A program made the translations under genes and the position numbers. Positions 1-10,534 of a stretch of DNA of 64,000 bases are shown piece after piece. The notes under the pieces are model-generated. The model did no database searches, was not told the DNA's origin, and saw only the letters and a program-made list of their open reading frames with translations. Source of the DNA: an uncultured Actinomycetes bacterium (lineage in GTDB: Bacteria; Actinomycetota; Thermoleophilia; Gaiellales; Gaiellaceae); NCBI GenBank assembly GCA_963698015.1, contig OY969109.1, positions 1,882,641 to 1,946,640 of the forward strand. Direction: 5' to 3'. How positions within the stretch are numbered: position 1 is the first letter of the stretch; each line of letters starts with the position of its first letter.

Positions 1-982
1 TGTAGCGCGGAGTGAGGCCGGTCAAGAGCAGGCCCCGCAGAACCGGTGTGAAAGCGGTTGGCGTGATCTCGACTCCGGCTGCGGCTGCGATCGAATCGGC
101 GGCGGCGTCGGCCTGCTGCGCGGCCAGGCCTCCCTGCTTGATCGGGAAGTTCGTGAGGTCGCCGGCCGCGTACACGTCCTCGACGTCGCGGACGCGCCCG
201 TGCTCGTCGACCGGGACGAAGCCGTTGGAATCGTGAGGGACGCCCGGCAGGCGCGGGCCCTCGATGCGCGGCAGTGCGACGACGCGATCCGCTTCGACCT
301 CGCCTGTCCCGACGAAACGAAGGACGGTCCCCTCGACGGCGCTCGGGATCGTGTTGGTCCGCAGAGCGATCCGGTGCTGGGCGAGTAGATCGGCGATCGC
401 GTCGCTGGCCGCGTCTCCGAAGAGTTGGAGCGGCCGGGGCTCGGGGGTGACGAGCTCGAGCTGAGCCTCTACGCCTGCGTCGGCCAGGTGCACGGCCGTG
501 AGCAGTGCGAGCTCGTAGAGGGGAAGGGGCCATGAAATCCCGGCGGGCATCGTGAAGACGAGCCGGGCGAGGGCCCCTTCTCGCGCCTCTCGCAGCACGT
601 CGCCGAGCGCCGCCTCGTCTCCGGGGCCGCGAAACGTGACGGCGCCGGGAACGGCTGGCACGGAGCGGGCGCCGAGCGCCAGCAAGAGGAGGTCGTAGCT
701 CAACTCGCCGTCGCTGGTCTCGACCGAGTGCCGTTCGGGATCGACGCCCCGAACCACCGCTTCTTTCAGGCCGGCGCCGGCCGCCTCGGCCAGCCGACGG
801 ACCGGGAAGCGCCGGACCTCGCCGACGCCGAACGGCGCAGCCACCGCGAGTGGCCGATAGACGAACTCTGCCTCCGGGGAGACGAGCTCGACCGAGACCC
901 GATCCCCGGCCACCGCTCGCAGCGCGAGCGCTGCCTCGAGGCCCGCAACCCCGGCTCCCGCTATGAGCACATGCGTCGGCAT
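1..982 (-). CDS. FAD-dependent pyridine nucleotide-disulfide oxidoreductase (NDH-2 / sulfide:quinone reductase-like); 3' end runs off the window
   Basis: My own minus-strand translation from ATG 980-982 reads MPTHVLIAGAGVAGLEAALAL (GxGxxG Rossmann motif). Later it reads VYAAGDLTNFPIKQGG, the second FAD motif. The frame stays open to position 1. It is absent from the ORF track because no stop lies in the window. Confidence 0.8.
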   Translation of the reverse strand, partial: MPTHVLIAGAGVAGLEAALALRAVAGDRVSVELVSPEAEFVYRPLAVAAPFGVGEVRRFPVRRLAEAAGAGLKEAVVRGVDPERHSVETSDGELSYDLLLLALGARSVPAVPGAVTFRGPGDEAALGDVLREAREGALARLVFTMPAGISWPLPLYELALLTAVHLADAGVEAQLELVTPEPRPLQLFGDAASDAIADLLAQHRIALRTNTIPSAVEGTVLRFVGTGEVEADRVVALPRIEGPRLPGVPHDSNGFVPVDEHGRVRDVEDVYAAGDLTNFPIKQGGLAAQQADAAADSIAAAAGVEITPTAFTPVLRGLLLTGLTPRY

Positions 983-1133
983 CGCCACGAAGTGATGATC
1001 GCCGATCGAGTCTACGCCCAGATCCGCAACAGGCCTGAACCTTCGTGCGGGATTCCCGCATTGACGATCGGTCACTGCCCCGATGGCCGTCGCGCCGTTC
1101 GGCTCGATGCTTCGAGAACCAAAGGAGGATCCG

Positions 1134-1580
1134 ATGAAGGAGTTTCTTGTTGCAATTGACGGTTCCGAAGGGAGCGATGCCGCAATCGACGAGGCGCTCG
1201 AGCTCGCACGCGAGGTCGGTGCGCACGTCACGTTCGCATTCGTCCGCAAGCCACCCTCGTCGCTGCTCGGCCACCCGTACTACGAGCGCCTGTTGAGCAA
1301 CGAGCTCGCCACGGCGCGGGAGACGCTCGCTGCCGCGACGGAAAAGGCGCGGGACGCGGGGATCGATTCGGCGAGCGAGATCCTCGAGGGGGATCCGGTC
1401 GACGAGATCCTGAGCGTCGCGGACAACCACGGAGCCGACCTGATCGTGATGGGCTCTCGCGGGCGCGGTGCATTTGCCGGAGCGCTGCTCGGAAGCGTCT
1501 CGAGCGGTGTCGTGCAGCACGCGGGCATCCCGGTGCTCGTGGCGAAGGAGCGCTCGGCCCGACATCTCGCAGTCGCCTAG
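1134..1580 (+). CDS. Universal stress protein (UspA family)
   Basis: ORF 1083..1580. I moved the start to ATG 1134, behind AAAGGAGG at 1121-1128. MKEFLVAIDGSEGS and DLIVMGSRGRGAFAGALLGSVSSGVVQHAGIPVLV match the Usp ATP-binding motif. Confidence 0.85.
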   Translation: MKEFLVAIDGSEGSDAAIDEALELAREVGAHVTFAFVRKPPSSLLGHPYYERLLSNELATARETLAAATEKARDAGIDSASEILEGDPVDEILSVADNHGADLIVMGSRGRGAFAGALLGSVSSGVVQHAGIPVLVAKERSARHLAVA

Positions 1581-1598
1581 GTCGATCCGCGGCCCGGC

Positions 1599-2341
1599 AT
1601 GGACATCGTCCTGCTGTTCCTGGCCGCGAGCGCAACGGCCCTCGCCACGGGAATCGGAGCGCTGCCCGTCTTCTTCATGGGCTCGCGGGCCGAGCTCCTG
1701 CGTCCGATCCTCCTGGGCACTGCGATCGGGGCGATGACCGTTGCGTCGCTGGTCGGCTTGCTGAAGCCGGCGGTGGACGAGGGCGGGACGATCGAGGTCG
1801 CTGTCGGCTTCGTCGGCGGCGTCCTGCTTGCTGGTCGGCGCGCGCCGGCTGCTCGCTGGGCGTGAGGTTCACGTCGGAGATCTCCGCGGAACCCGTGTGC
1901 GGCTCTCGGTCCTCGTGTTCGGGGTGCTGCTCGTGCACAGCCTTCCCGAGGGCCTAGCGATCGGGACTGCCTACGCCTCGGATCTGGCCGGTCTGAGCCT
2001 GTTCGTGATCCTCGCGATCGGGCTCCAGAACGTGCCCGAGGGGACGAGCGTCGCGATCCCGATGGCCGAGGCCGGCTTCAGCCGCTCGAGCCAGTTCTGG
2101 GCGGCGGTCCTGACGAGTGCGCCTCAGCCCGTGGGGGCCGTGCTCGCGTACCTCGTCGTCGAGCACGTCCAGGCGCTCTTGCCGGCCTCGTTCGCTTTCG
2201 CGGCAGGCGCGATGCTCGCGCTCGTCGCCTTCGAGCTCGTGCCGCAGGCATTCGGGCGCGAGCCGATGGGTGCGTGCGAGTGCAGGGAGCGCTGCTGGAG
2301 CGCTCGCTATGCTCGCGCTTGCAGCAATCGCCGGCATTTAG
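1599..2341 (+). pseudogene. ZIP/ZupT-family metal transporter interrupted by two frameshifts (or two assembly indels)
   Basis: Three ORF pieces in three different frames (1599.., 1828.., 2117..2341) together spell one ZIP-like protein. The pieces read MDIVLLFLAASATALATGIGALPVFF, LLVHSLPEGLAIG, GLQNVPEGTSVAIPM and ALAMLALAAIAGI*. The frame changes fall near 1826 and 2268. Confidence 0.7.
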
Positions 2342-2465
2342 GGCGGGCCTTCCCACGGGAGGCATTGCGGGATTTCCGCATCAGCTCGACGGTCTGCCAC
2401 CGATGGCGCCGGAAAGCGGCTCGCCGAAAGTGAGCCCCATGAACAGAACCGAGAAAGGAGTCGCC

Positions 2466-3089
2466 ATGAGAGACCTCTTCAAGTACGGCGGGATCGCCGC
2501 CAGCGTGGTTCTCATTGTCTTCGGTGCCGTCTCGATCGGGCTCGGTGCCTGGGGCATCAACAACGTCCGCGACAACCTCAAGCTCGAGCAGATCTCGGGC
2601 TCGCCGGACATGACCCCTGCTGCGATCAAGGCAGAGGGCCAGAAGGCCGGACTGACCGGAGTCACGTATCCGACCTGCAGCGTTGCCAACGAGTCGGTCG
2701 ACACCGGCAGCGAGGCCCACTGCTTCGCCAGCTACATGCGCATCCATGCGCTCGAGGCAACCGGCGGACAGACATACGCCCAGATGGGGCGTTTCCTCGA
2801 TGCGAACGGCAATCCGACTTCGGACGAGACGAAGGCTGCAAAGGACCCGAAGACAGGACAGCCGGTCGAAAACGGCCTACGCAACCTCTGGGTGACCGAG
2901 ACCTCACTCGCCACGGCGCTCAACGTGTCGTACTTCGCGGAGCGCGTCGGCGTGTTCGGGATCGTCATGGGCATTGCCCTCCTGCTGACGGGGATCGGAT
3001 TCCTGATCCTCACGCTTGGTGGGGCACTGGAGCGGAAGCCGGCTGCTGCACCTGAAGCGGCGCCGAAGACCGCGACAGCCACGAACTGA
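2466..3089 (+). CDS. Hypothetical membrane protein (N- and C-terminal TM helices, extracytoplasmic middle)
   Basis: ORF 2274..3089. ATG 2466 follows GAAAGGAG. The predicted TM helices are GGIAASVVLIVFGAVSIGLGAW and VGVFGIVMGIALLLTGIGFLILTLGG. I recognise no family. Confidence 0.6.
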   Translation: MRDLFKYGGIAASVVLIVFGAVSIGLGAWGINNVRDNLKLEQISGSPDMTPAAIKAEGQKAGLTGVTYPTCSVANESVDTGSEAHCFASYMRIHALEATGGQTYAQMGRFLDANGNPTSDETKAAKDPKTGQPVENGLRNLWVTETSLATALNVSYFAERVGVFGIVMGIALLLTGIGFLILTLGGALERKPAAAPEAAPKTATATN

Positions 3090-3111
3090 GCGGCGACTCC
3101 GCTCGGAAGCA

Positions 3112-3135
3112 GAGGGCGGCCTCCGGGCCGCCCTC
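3112..3135 (+). terminator. GC-rich hairpin downstream of the membrane-protein gene
   Basis: GAGGGCGGCC-tccg-GGCCGCCCTC is a perfect 10-bp stem, 23 nt after the stop. There is no clear U-tract. Confidence 0.5.
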
Positions 3136-3275
3136 TCGCTACATGGAGACGAAGGGCGAGGACAACGTCCTGCGCCTGACCGTCACCGTCCGATAGCACT
3201 CTCCGTCACGAGCCGTCTGCACGGCGTTCAGTGCTTACTACGGAGCCGGATCGGGCAGCCCGCCGATGCGGGAGA

Positions 3276-3326
3276 GGGGTCAGCGAGCGATGGTGAAAAG
3301 GCCGCTAAGGCAAGCGGCCTGACCCC
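3276..3326 (+). promoter_or_regulatory. Two-tier stem-loop in the 5' leader of the aldehyde dehydrogenase gene
   Basis: The outer arms are GGGGTC (3276-3281) and GACCCC (3321-3326). The inner perfect 8-bp stem is AGGCCGCT (3299-3306) with AGCGGCCT (3313-3320). The structure ends 7 nt before the AAGGAG RBS. Confidence 0.3.
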
Positions 3327-3344
3327 CTCCTGAAAGGAGACACG

Positions 3345-4886
3345 ATGGCCACGATCGAGAAACACCTCACCTATGCCGCTCCGGGTGAGTCGGAGGGCCC
3401 CGTCGAGCTGAAGCCGCGCTACGACAACTTCATCGGCGGCCACTGGATGGCGCCGGTGGACGGCGAGTACGCGGAGGACCTGACGCCTGCGACGGGGAAG
3501 CCCTTCACCGAGGTTCCACGCTCGACGCCGCAGGACATCGAGCTCGCACTCGACGCGGCACACGCGGCGAAGGAGGAGTGGGGCGAAGCCTCGACGACCG
3601 AGCGCTCGAAGGTGCTGAACAAGGTCGCGGATGCGATCGAGGAGCACGCAGAGATGCTCGCGGTCGCCGAGAGCTGGGACAACGGGAAGCCGGTCCGCGA
3701 GACGCTCGCCGCCGACATCCCGCTCGCAGCCGATCACTTCCGCTACTTCGCAGGTGTGATCCGCGGCGAGGAAGGATCGATCGCCGAGATCGACAAGAAC
3801 ACGATCGCGTACCACTTCCGCGAGCCGCTGGGAGTCGTCGGACAGATCATCCCGTTCAACTTCCCGCTCCTGATGGCGGCCTGGAAGCTCGCGCCCGCGC
3901 TGGCAGCCGGCAACTGCTCGGTGATCAAGCCGGCGAGCCCGACGCCCTGGTCGATCCTCAAGCTGATGGAGATCGTCGAGGAGATCGTCCCGCCGGGCGT
4001 GATCAACGTGGTCAACGGCCCCGGGGCCGAGATCGGCAAGGCGCTGGCGACGAACAAGCGGATCGCGAAAATCGCCTTCACGGGCGAGACGGCGACCGGA
4101 CGGCTGATCATGCAGTACGCCGCGCAAAACATCATCCCCTCGACGACAGAGCTCGGCGGCAAGTCGCCGAACATCTTCTTCGCCGACGTGATGGACACCG
4201 ACGACGCGTTCTTCGACAAGGCTGTCGAGGGGCTCGTCCTCTACGCGTTCAACAAGGGCGAAGTCTGCACGTGCCCATCGCGGGCGCTGATCGAGGAGTC
4301 GATCTACGAGCCGTTCATGGAGCGGGCACTCGAGCGGATCGCAGCGATCCGCCAGGGCCATCCGCTCGATCCGGACACGCAGATCGGCGCGCAGGTCTCG
4401 ACCGCACAGCTCGAGAAGATCGAGAGCTACGTGAAGATCGGTCTCGAAGAGGGAGCCGAGCTTCTGACCGGCGGAGAGCGGTCGCACCTCGGCGGCGAGC
4501 TGGAGGACGGCTACTACTTCCAGCCGACGGTCTTCAAGGGCGACAACGGAATGCGGATCTTCCAGGAGGAGATCTTCGGCCCGGTGCTCGCTGTGACGAC
4601 CTTCCGCGGTGAGGCGCAGGCGCTCGAGATCGCGAACGACACGATGTACGGGCTCGGCGCCGGCGTTTGGACGCGGGACACGAGCAAGGCCTACCGGATG
4701 GGCCGTGCGATCAAGGCAGGACGAGTGTGGACGAACTGCTACCACCTCTATCCGGCGCACGCGGCGTTCGGCGGCTACAAGGTCTCGGGCGTGGGTCGAG
4801 AGACGCACAAGATGATGCTCGACCACTACTCGCAGACCAAGTGCCTGCTCGTGAGCTACGACCCTGAGCCCATGGGGCTCTTCTAG
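3345..4886 (+). CDS. NAD(P)-dependent aldehyde dehydrogenase
   Basis: 513 aa. [12 protein letters not shown] carries the catalytic Glu context and [12 protein letters not shown] the catalytic Cys context. FTGETATG is also present. The RBS is GAAAGGAG. Confidence 0.93.
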   Translation: MATIEKHLTYAAPGESEGPVELKPRYDNFIGGHWMAPVDGEYAEDLTPATGKPFTEVPRSTPQDIELALDAAHAAKEEWGEASTTERSKVLNKVADAIEEHAEMLAVAESWDNGKPVRETLAADIPLAADHFRYFAGVIRGEEGSIAEIDKNTIAYHFREPLGVVGQIIPFNFPLLMAAWKLAPALAAGNCSVIKPASPTPWSILKLMEIVEEIVPPGVINVVNGPGAEIGKALATNKRIAKIAFTGETATGRLIMQYAAQNIIPSTTELGGKSPNIFFADVMDTDDAFFDKAVEGLVLYAFNKGEVCTCPSRALIEESIYEPFMERALERIAAIRQGHPLDPDTQIGAQVSTAQLEKIESYVKIGLEEGAELLTGGERSHLGGELEDGYYFQPTVFKGDNGMRIFQEEIFGPVLAVTTFRGEAQALEIANDTMYGLGAGVWTRDTSKAYRMGRAIKAGRVWTNCYHLYPAHAAFGGYKVSGVGRETHKMMLDHYSQTKCLLVSYDPEPMGLF

Positions 4887-4896
4887 GAGCACGACG

Positions 4897-5256
4897 ATGT
4901 CGGACGAGACTGCGATCACGGCCACCGACGAGGCGCGGGCCGAGCTCGCTCGGCTGCGTGAGCGTCACGGGCCGCTGATGCTGTTCCAGTCCGGCGGCTG
5001 TTGCGACGGCAGCTCGCCCCTGTGCCTGCGGCAGGGCGAGCTGTCCGTCGGCCCGAACGACCTCCTGCTCGGCAGGGTCGACGACGTCCCCTTCTACATC
5101 GACTCCGAGCAGTACGACCGCTGGAACCGGCCGCTGTTCGTGCTCGACGTTCGTCCCGGCGGCGTCGACACCTTCTCGCTCGAGACGGCCGAAGGGTTTC
5201 ACTTCGTCACGCAGAGCGAGGTCTGCCGGACACGTTCGGGCTCGAGCTCTGCTTGA
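4897..5256 (+). CDS. DUF779 domain protein (usual partner of actinobacterial aldehyde dehydrogenases)
   Basis: 119 aa containing LMLFQSGGCCDGSSPLC. It starts 10 nt after the ALDH stop. Confidence 0.8.
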   Translation: MSDETAITATDEARAELARLRERHGPLMLFQSGGCCDGSSPLCLRQGELSVGPNDLLLGRVDDVPFYIDSEQYDRWNRPLFVLDVRPGGVDTFSLETAEGFHFVTQSEVCRTRSGSSSA

Positions 5257-5288
5257 GCCGCACTCATCGAAGGTGCAGGTCGGCGAGA

Positions 5289-5317
5289 CCGGCCGGCGGA
5301 GCTCGTCCGCCGGCCGG
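5289..5317. terminator. Bidirectional hairpin between convergent genes
   Basis: CCGGCCGGCGGA-gctcg-TCCGCCGGCCGG is a perfect 12-bp stem. It lies between the DUF779 stop (5256) and the corrected metalloprotease stop (5333). Confidence 0.55.
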
Positions 5318-5332
5318 TACCGCTTGTGAAGC

Positions 5333-8300
5333 TCAGCGTCGCCCGACTACCAAGGTTGACGCGGAAACCACGCCGCTTGATCGCGCCCGGCCGTGGCGTC
5401 TGCCGGATCACGCGGCCGCGCAGCGATCGCCTCGCACGAGCACGGCGGACGTTGCCGACCGAGCAGTGCGCTCGCCGGATCTTCGTCTTCGCCGCAGCGA
5501 GCCGTAGGCCGAGCACGCGCGGGACTCGACAACGGGTCGGGGGCGGCGGCGGTGGCGGTGGCGGAGGAGGCGGTGGCGGGGGAGGAGGCGGCGGTGGCGG
5601 GGGAGGAGGCGGCGGTGGAGGTGGAGGTGGAGGGGGTTGTCCGGCGGAGATCGAGAAGTTCACGTTCGAGACGTCGAAGAAGATGTTCCCGAGGGCCTCG
5701 ACCTTCACTCGGGCGGTCGTCGTCTCCGTGTTCGGCAGCGTCACGACCTCGGAGCCGTCGTTCGGAGTGCTCGCCGCGAGCACGGTCGGATACGTGTGCC
5801 CGCCGTCGGTCGAGAGCGAGATCTCGACGTTCGCGGTCGAGACGGGCGGGACGTCGGTGCTCGCCTTGTTCCACGTGACCGTCTGCTGTGAGCCCGGCGG
5901 GTAGGTCACGGCAGTGTCCGGCGCGGTGACGCGGAAGGGCCCCGCGCCAGGGGCGAGCGTCACCGTCACGTCGCCGAAGCTGTTCCCGCCTTCGAGGTCG
6001 CGCGCCGTCAGACGGAAGTGCAAGCGCACTCTGCGTGTAGTCCGAGGTCGGCAGGAACTCGGAGAAGCACTCCTTGACCGGGATCGGGACCGGCGGCGCG
6101 ATCGGTCCTGCGGCGCACGACCCGGTGTCCGCGTTCGTGTTGTTCGCCAGGATCTGGTCGAGGTCCGGGAACACGCGGGTGGGCTCGTCGTCACGTGGTT
6201 CTCGTGCGGCGAGTTGTAGAGCAGCGTGTCCTCCTCGCTGACCGGCGCCGAGAACGGGAACATCGCGAACAGCGGCCCGTTCGCCTTCGTATTGCTCAGG
6301 AGCGAGATACCGGCCCCGATGCCGGGGTCGTTCTGCTCCCACGAGTAGTAGATCGGGTCGCCGTCCTCGTCGGTGGCGCTCCCGGTCAGGGCGAACGGCG
6401 TCCGCAACGGGATCGTGAGCCGCCCGGCACGGTCAGGACTGGCGCGTGATTCCCGGTCGCCGTGACGGTGCCCTGGTTGTCGACGGGCCGCCCTTGTCTG
6501 TCTCGCCGGTGAAACCGGACGCCCCCGCCGTGAAGTCCTGCGCCTGGAGCAGCACAGGGACGTTCGTGTGCGCCAGCGGACCGCCGCTGTATGTGACTTG
6601 GAAGCCCGTGTTGTTGAACGTTGCGCCGCCGAAACCGGCAACCGTGACGGTGCTGCCCGAGGGGAGAAGGGCCTCGATCGCGGTTTTGAGGGCGGCGGCG
6701 GTGTAGTTCGTCCCGTTCGTGATGACGCCGGAGACGTTGCCGTCGTAGTTGAGCCTGAACGAGTCGAAGCTCCCGCCGTGGTTCGTCTCCTGGACGGAGA
6801 CCGAGCAGCCGCCGCAGCTCAGATTCACGATCTCGACATTGGACACGTCGAGGCCGGCCGAGGCGCCGCTGTAGGCGATCGTGAAACCGGGCGCCGCGGC
6901 GCCGCTCACGGCCACTGTTCCGGGGAACCCGGAGATGGCGTTGATCGCCGCGGTCAGGTTGGCGTTGTTGTACGGAAGGCCGGAACCGCCGACGACGGCC
7001 GAGTCGTTGCCGTTGATCCGGACGCGGAATGGCGAGAAGTACGTCGCGGTGCCGCCGCCCCCGTTCGGCTGTTGGGAGGCGATCGTGTACTGGAACGTCG
7101 TCGGGCTCGGCACGGCGGTGATCGCGAACGTGCCGTTGTAGCCGGACTGATTGACGCCGGCGATCGTGACCATGTCGCCGACCGCTCGGTTGTGCGGCGC
7201 GGCCGTGTGGATCGTCGCGGTCGTCCCCGACGAGCTCGCGCCGGCGATCGCCGGCGTGGCCGTTCCGCTCCCGGACACCGCAAGGCCCGTCACGGCATTC
7301 GTGTACTGGAAGGAGCGTATGGACGGGACCGCAGTCACCGTGAACGTCCCGTTGTAGCCCGCGACGGCGACCCCGGCGACCGTCACGGTGTCGCCGACCT
7401 GGAGCCTGTGAACCGAGCTGGTCGCGATCGTGACCGTGGTGCCGTTCTCCTCGGCGCCGCCGCGCGACGTCGAGCTCGGCGGCGGGTTGATGGTGACGTT
7501 GAGCGGGGTGATCGCGGCTACTTGCGAGTAGCCGGTGCCGAAGGTCACGACCTGCGTCTCGTTTCCGCCGCCGAAGTGACGCAGCGAGACGGTCTGCACC
7601 TCGTTGATCGGCTGCTGGTTCGAGGAGACGTACGCGTTGATCTCCTGCTGGCTCCGCTCCGAGAAGTAGCCGTCGCTGTGCGGCTGCTCGTCGTCGGTCA
7701 GGCAGATGCCGGCGTAGGCCATGATCGACTGGCCGCTGCCGGGCTCGACCGACGTCGATCCGTTGCGGTTACCGCCCGAGCAGTTGAGCTGGTTGCCGTT
7801 GAACGTGTGGTTGCCGCCGAACTGGTGGCCCATCTCGTGGGCGACGTAGTCGATTGCGTACAGGTCGCCGACGGGAGTCTCGATGCCCGTGCAGCCGCCT
7901 GCCTTGTTCGAGCCGCCGACGACCCCGAGGTTGGCGACCCCGCCACCGGGCTGGCCCAGCGCGAGGTGGCCGACGTCGTAGTTGCTCGCGCCGATGATCT
8001 GGCCGATGACGTACTGCGCCCGATCGGGGTCGTTGCACCCGGTGACTGTGGACTGCGTGAAGCAGGCCGCGGCGCCGCACGGGCCGTTCGGCGCGGTCGC
8101 GAGGTCCCACGTGTCGAGGTTCAGGAGGTCGTTGTTCGCGATCAGCTGGAGCCGGATGCTCATGTCGTCCTCGTAGACCTGGTCGACCCGGTTCATGAGC
8201 GCGACCTTGGCCGGCGTCACGTTGGGCGGGCCGCCGAAGTAGTCGGAGTAGCCCGGGTCGGTGATCAGCGCGAGGCGGTACGTGCGGAGCTGCTCGCCGA

Positions 8301-8979
8301 TCGTCGGGCTCGCATCAGCACGACTTGGACGCGCGTCGGACGGCACGACCTCGTGCTCGACGAACACGCCGTCGGTGTTCTTCGCGTCGCGCGCGTAGTA
8401 GCTCGCGTACGGCGTCGGCGCGCGGCCGACGAAGTAGGGGTCGATGTACCACGTGCCTCGCGCGGACCGCACGGAGGCGTGAAAGCCGAGCGGCGTCAGG
8501 TCGGCGTGGATCGTCGCCGCCCGGTCGGTGAGCCCGAGGCCGCTGTACGTCTTGATCCCGGGGTGGCGGGCGGCGAGGCCGGGCGCCATCACGGCCGACT
8601 CGCGAAGCGCGAACAGCTGGAACCGGCCGTTCGGCGCAGGCAGCGAGACGACGAGCGGGCTCGTCTCCGCGCGCAGGGTGTTCTCGCGCGGCGCGAGTGC
8701 GAGCGTCGATCTCATCGCGGCCGTGTCCAGCCCGAGCGTTCGAAATCGCGCCGCGTGGACGGCAACCGTCCGTGCGGGCGACGCGACGGGTTTCGCCGCG
8801 CTCGTCCAGAAGGCCTTCGTGCCGCGGACGTCGACGGGCCGGACCGCCTGGCGTTGCACGTTGGCGGCGGTGACCACGGTCGCCGATGCTGCGACGGCCA
8901 GAACCAGCCCGATCAGGGTGGCGAGGCGCGTAGTGGTTTTTCGCCGCGAACCGCGGCGTTGATTGCTCGAGCCGGTCAT
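5333..8979 (-). pseudogene. Secreted metzincin (reprolysin/M12B-like) zinc metalloprotease with poly-Pro linker and PASTA-like C-terminal domain; 3' third carries about five frameshifts
   Basis: The N-terminus is signal-like (RLATLIGLVLAVAASATVVTAANV). HEMGHQFGGNH matches HExxHxxGxxH. There are two tandem GYNGTF(T/A)(V/I)TAVPS domains. To continue the sequence DNQGTVTATGNHAPVLTVPG / LTIPLRTPFALTGSATDEDGDPIYYSWEQND / TRVFPDLDQILANNTNADTGSC / VRLHFRLTARDLEGG, frame switches are needed near 6482, 6422, 6182 and 6030. A fifth correction near 5352 gives ...VNLVVGRR* with stop 5333-5335. Confidence 0.75.
5538..5636 (-). repeat. Poly-proline coding tract (33 consecutive Pro codons)
   Basis: On the plus strand this is a GGN-rich run containing a tandemly duplicated 21-nt unit, ggcggtggcgggggaggaggc. 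Confidence 0.9.
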
Positions 8980-9163
8980 GTGTCCCCTCCCCCGCTAGCT
9001 CACTGTCTAGATAGACGGGACTCTATTCCGGGCTCACGGCTTTTGAGAAGGCCCGCTCGGGTCGTCGACGTCGACGCGCAGCGAGGACCGTTCACCAGGC
9101 CGGTTCACGATCGGCACCAGTTGGCCGCACGGACTGAGGCAAGGCTTGCCGAAGAGATCAGCG

Positions 9164-9862
9164 ATGGCCCGCCGACCTCTGCTCGCGGAGCTGCACGCGC
9201 ACACGACGTGGAGCGACGGCGTCCTCAACCCGGGCGAGCTCGTCGACCTCTACGGCAGCGCCGGCTTCGACGTGCTCGCGATCACGGATCACGTCGTGCA
9301 CAGCGAGGCCGGCTCCCACGTCCGGGCCGAGACCTACCCGGCCTACCTCGACGAGATCGACGCGGAAGCCGAGCGCGCGCGGAGGCGGTACGGGCTGCTC
9401 GTCCTGCCGGGACTGGAGCTGACCGTCGAGCACCCGGATCCGGGGCGGGCCGGCCATGCCGTCGCGATCGGGCTGCGCCGCTTCGTCTCGGTCGACGACG
9501 GGCTCGAGGCCGCGCTGAGCGACGCACGGGCAGCCGGGGCCGCGCTGATCGCCGCGCATCCGTATCCCCTCGCGAAGGCTGCGGCCTCGCACCGCGGGAC
9601 CGCCTGTTTCGCCGAGCATCCCGAGTGGGCCGTCGGAGCCGTCGATCGGTTCGAGCTCTTCAACCGCGACGAGCGCTTCGACTGGGTTGCCCAGCGAGGC
9701 TTGCCGTCGGTCGCGACGGGCGACTTCCACCTGCCCGAGCACCTGTTCACGTGGAAGACGCTCCTCCGCTGCGAGCGGAGCGGGCCGGCGGTCGTCGCGG
9801 AGCTGAGATCTGCGAGGCCGTGCGCCTTGATGCGCATCGGGACGGCTCGCGTCGCCGCGTAG
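9164..9862 (+). CDS. PHP-domain metal-dependent phosphoesterase
   Basis: LLAELHAHTTWSDGVLNPGELV and VLAITDHV are PHP His/Asp motifs. ATG 9164 is in frame with track ORF 9146..9862. Confidence 0.75.
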   Translation: MARRPLLAELHAHTTWSDGVLNPGELVDLYGSAGFDVLAITDHVVHSEAGSHVRAETYPAYLDEIDAEAERARRRYGLLVLPGLELTVEHPDPGRAGHAVAIGLRRFVSVDDGLEAALSDARAAGAALIAAHPYPLAKAAASHRGTACFAEHPEWAVGAVDRFELFNRDERFDWVAQRGLPSVATGDFHLPEHLFTWKTLLRCERSGPAVVAELRSARPCALMRIGTARVAA

Positions 9863-9927
9863 GCGTTCGAGCGCGCATCGAGCGACAAAGGCAAGGGGAG
9901 TCGGCCCGGAGGTTGAACTCCGAACGG

Positions 9928-10410
9928 ATGCCCGAGAGCCTCGTCCGACCCGGGAAGAAGATGTCCTTCGTCGAGCGCCGGATCCGCCGGATCGTCAATG
10001 CGCGCTCCGTGACGGTCGGCCTGGCCCTGACGTTCGTCGGCCTCTCTCTGATCGGAGGCATTCTCATTCGCTTCGTCGATCACGAGAACTTCCCGTCGGT
10101 CGGGCTAGGCATCTGGTGGGCGCTGCAAACGGTGACGACCGTGGGCTACGGCGACGTCGTGCCGACGACGCTCGCGGGCCGCACGATCGGCGGGTTGGTG
10201 ATGGCGATCGGGATCGCGTTCATCTCGTTCGTCACCGCAGGCGTGACGAGCGCGCTGATTCAGCGCGCTGCGAAGGTGGCTCACGAAGCCGATCTGGCGA
10301 ATCAAGACGAGACCGAGCAGCGGATCGTCAACGAGCTGGACAAGACGAACCGAGCGCTGACCGAGCTCGGACAGCGCCTCGACGCGATCGACTCGAAGCT
10401 GGCCGGCTAG
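9928..10410 (+). CDS. Small 2-TM potassium channel (KcsA-like) with C-terminal coiled coil
   Basis: This is the tail of track ORF 6568..10410. ATG 9928 is in frame. The selectivity filter TVGYGD sits between two TM helices. Confidence 0.85.
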   Translation: MPESLVRPGKKMSFVERRIRRIVNARSVTVGLALTFVGLSLIGGILIRFVDHENFPSVGLGIWWALQTVTTVGYGDVVPTTLAGRTIGGLVMAIGIAFISFVTAGVTSALIQRAAKVAHEADLANQDETEQRIVNELDKTNRALTELGQRLDAIDSKLAG

Positions 10411-10534
10411 TCCTCCGGCCCAAGATTGATTTTCCGCTATTCGGGTGCTAAGAACCCTCGTTCACGCATAAAAAATGGCCACTAGGCTCGTCGGCGGTCG
10501 AGATGCTGCGGGCTGGAGGGGAGAAGGGGCACAT

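Noticed and set aside
5199-5332. An extension of the metalloprotease ORF that overlaps the 3' end of the convergent DUF779 gene.
   Set aside because: A 1-nt correction near 5352 gives the ending VNLVVGRR*, matching VKLAVGRS* and VKLAVGRL* in the other two copies. It also places a strong bidirectional hairpin between the two genes.
5520-5640. Short-period GC-rich repeats, here and at 13328-13396, 13787-13950, 55211-55321 and 56537-56713, considered as a CRISPR array or non-coding tandem array.
   Set aside because: There is no repeat-spacer periodicity of 25-40 nt and no cas genes. Every tract is in frame as CCN (proline) codons inside a long ORF.
6568-9927. The upstream 1120 codons of the 1280-aa plus-strand ORF 6568..10410.
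   Set aside because: Only the last 160 codons, from ATG 9928, look like a real protein (a TVGYGD potassium channel). The rest is antisense to the metalloprotease and overlaps the PHP gene in another frame.
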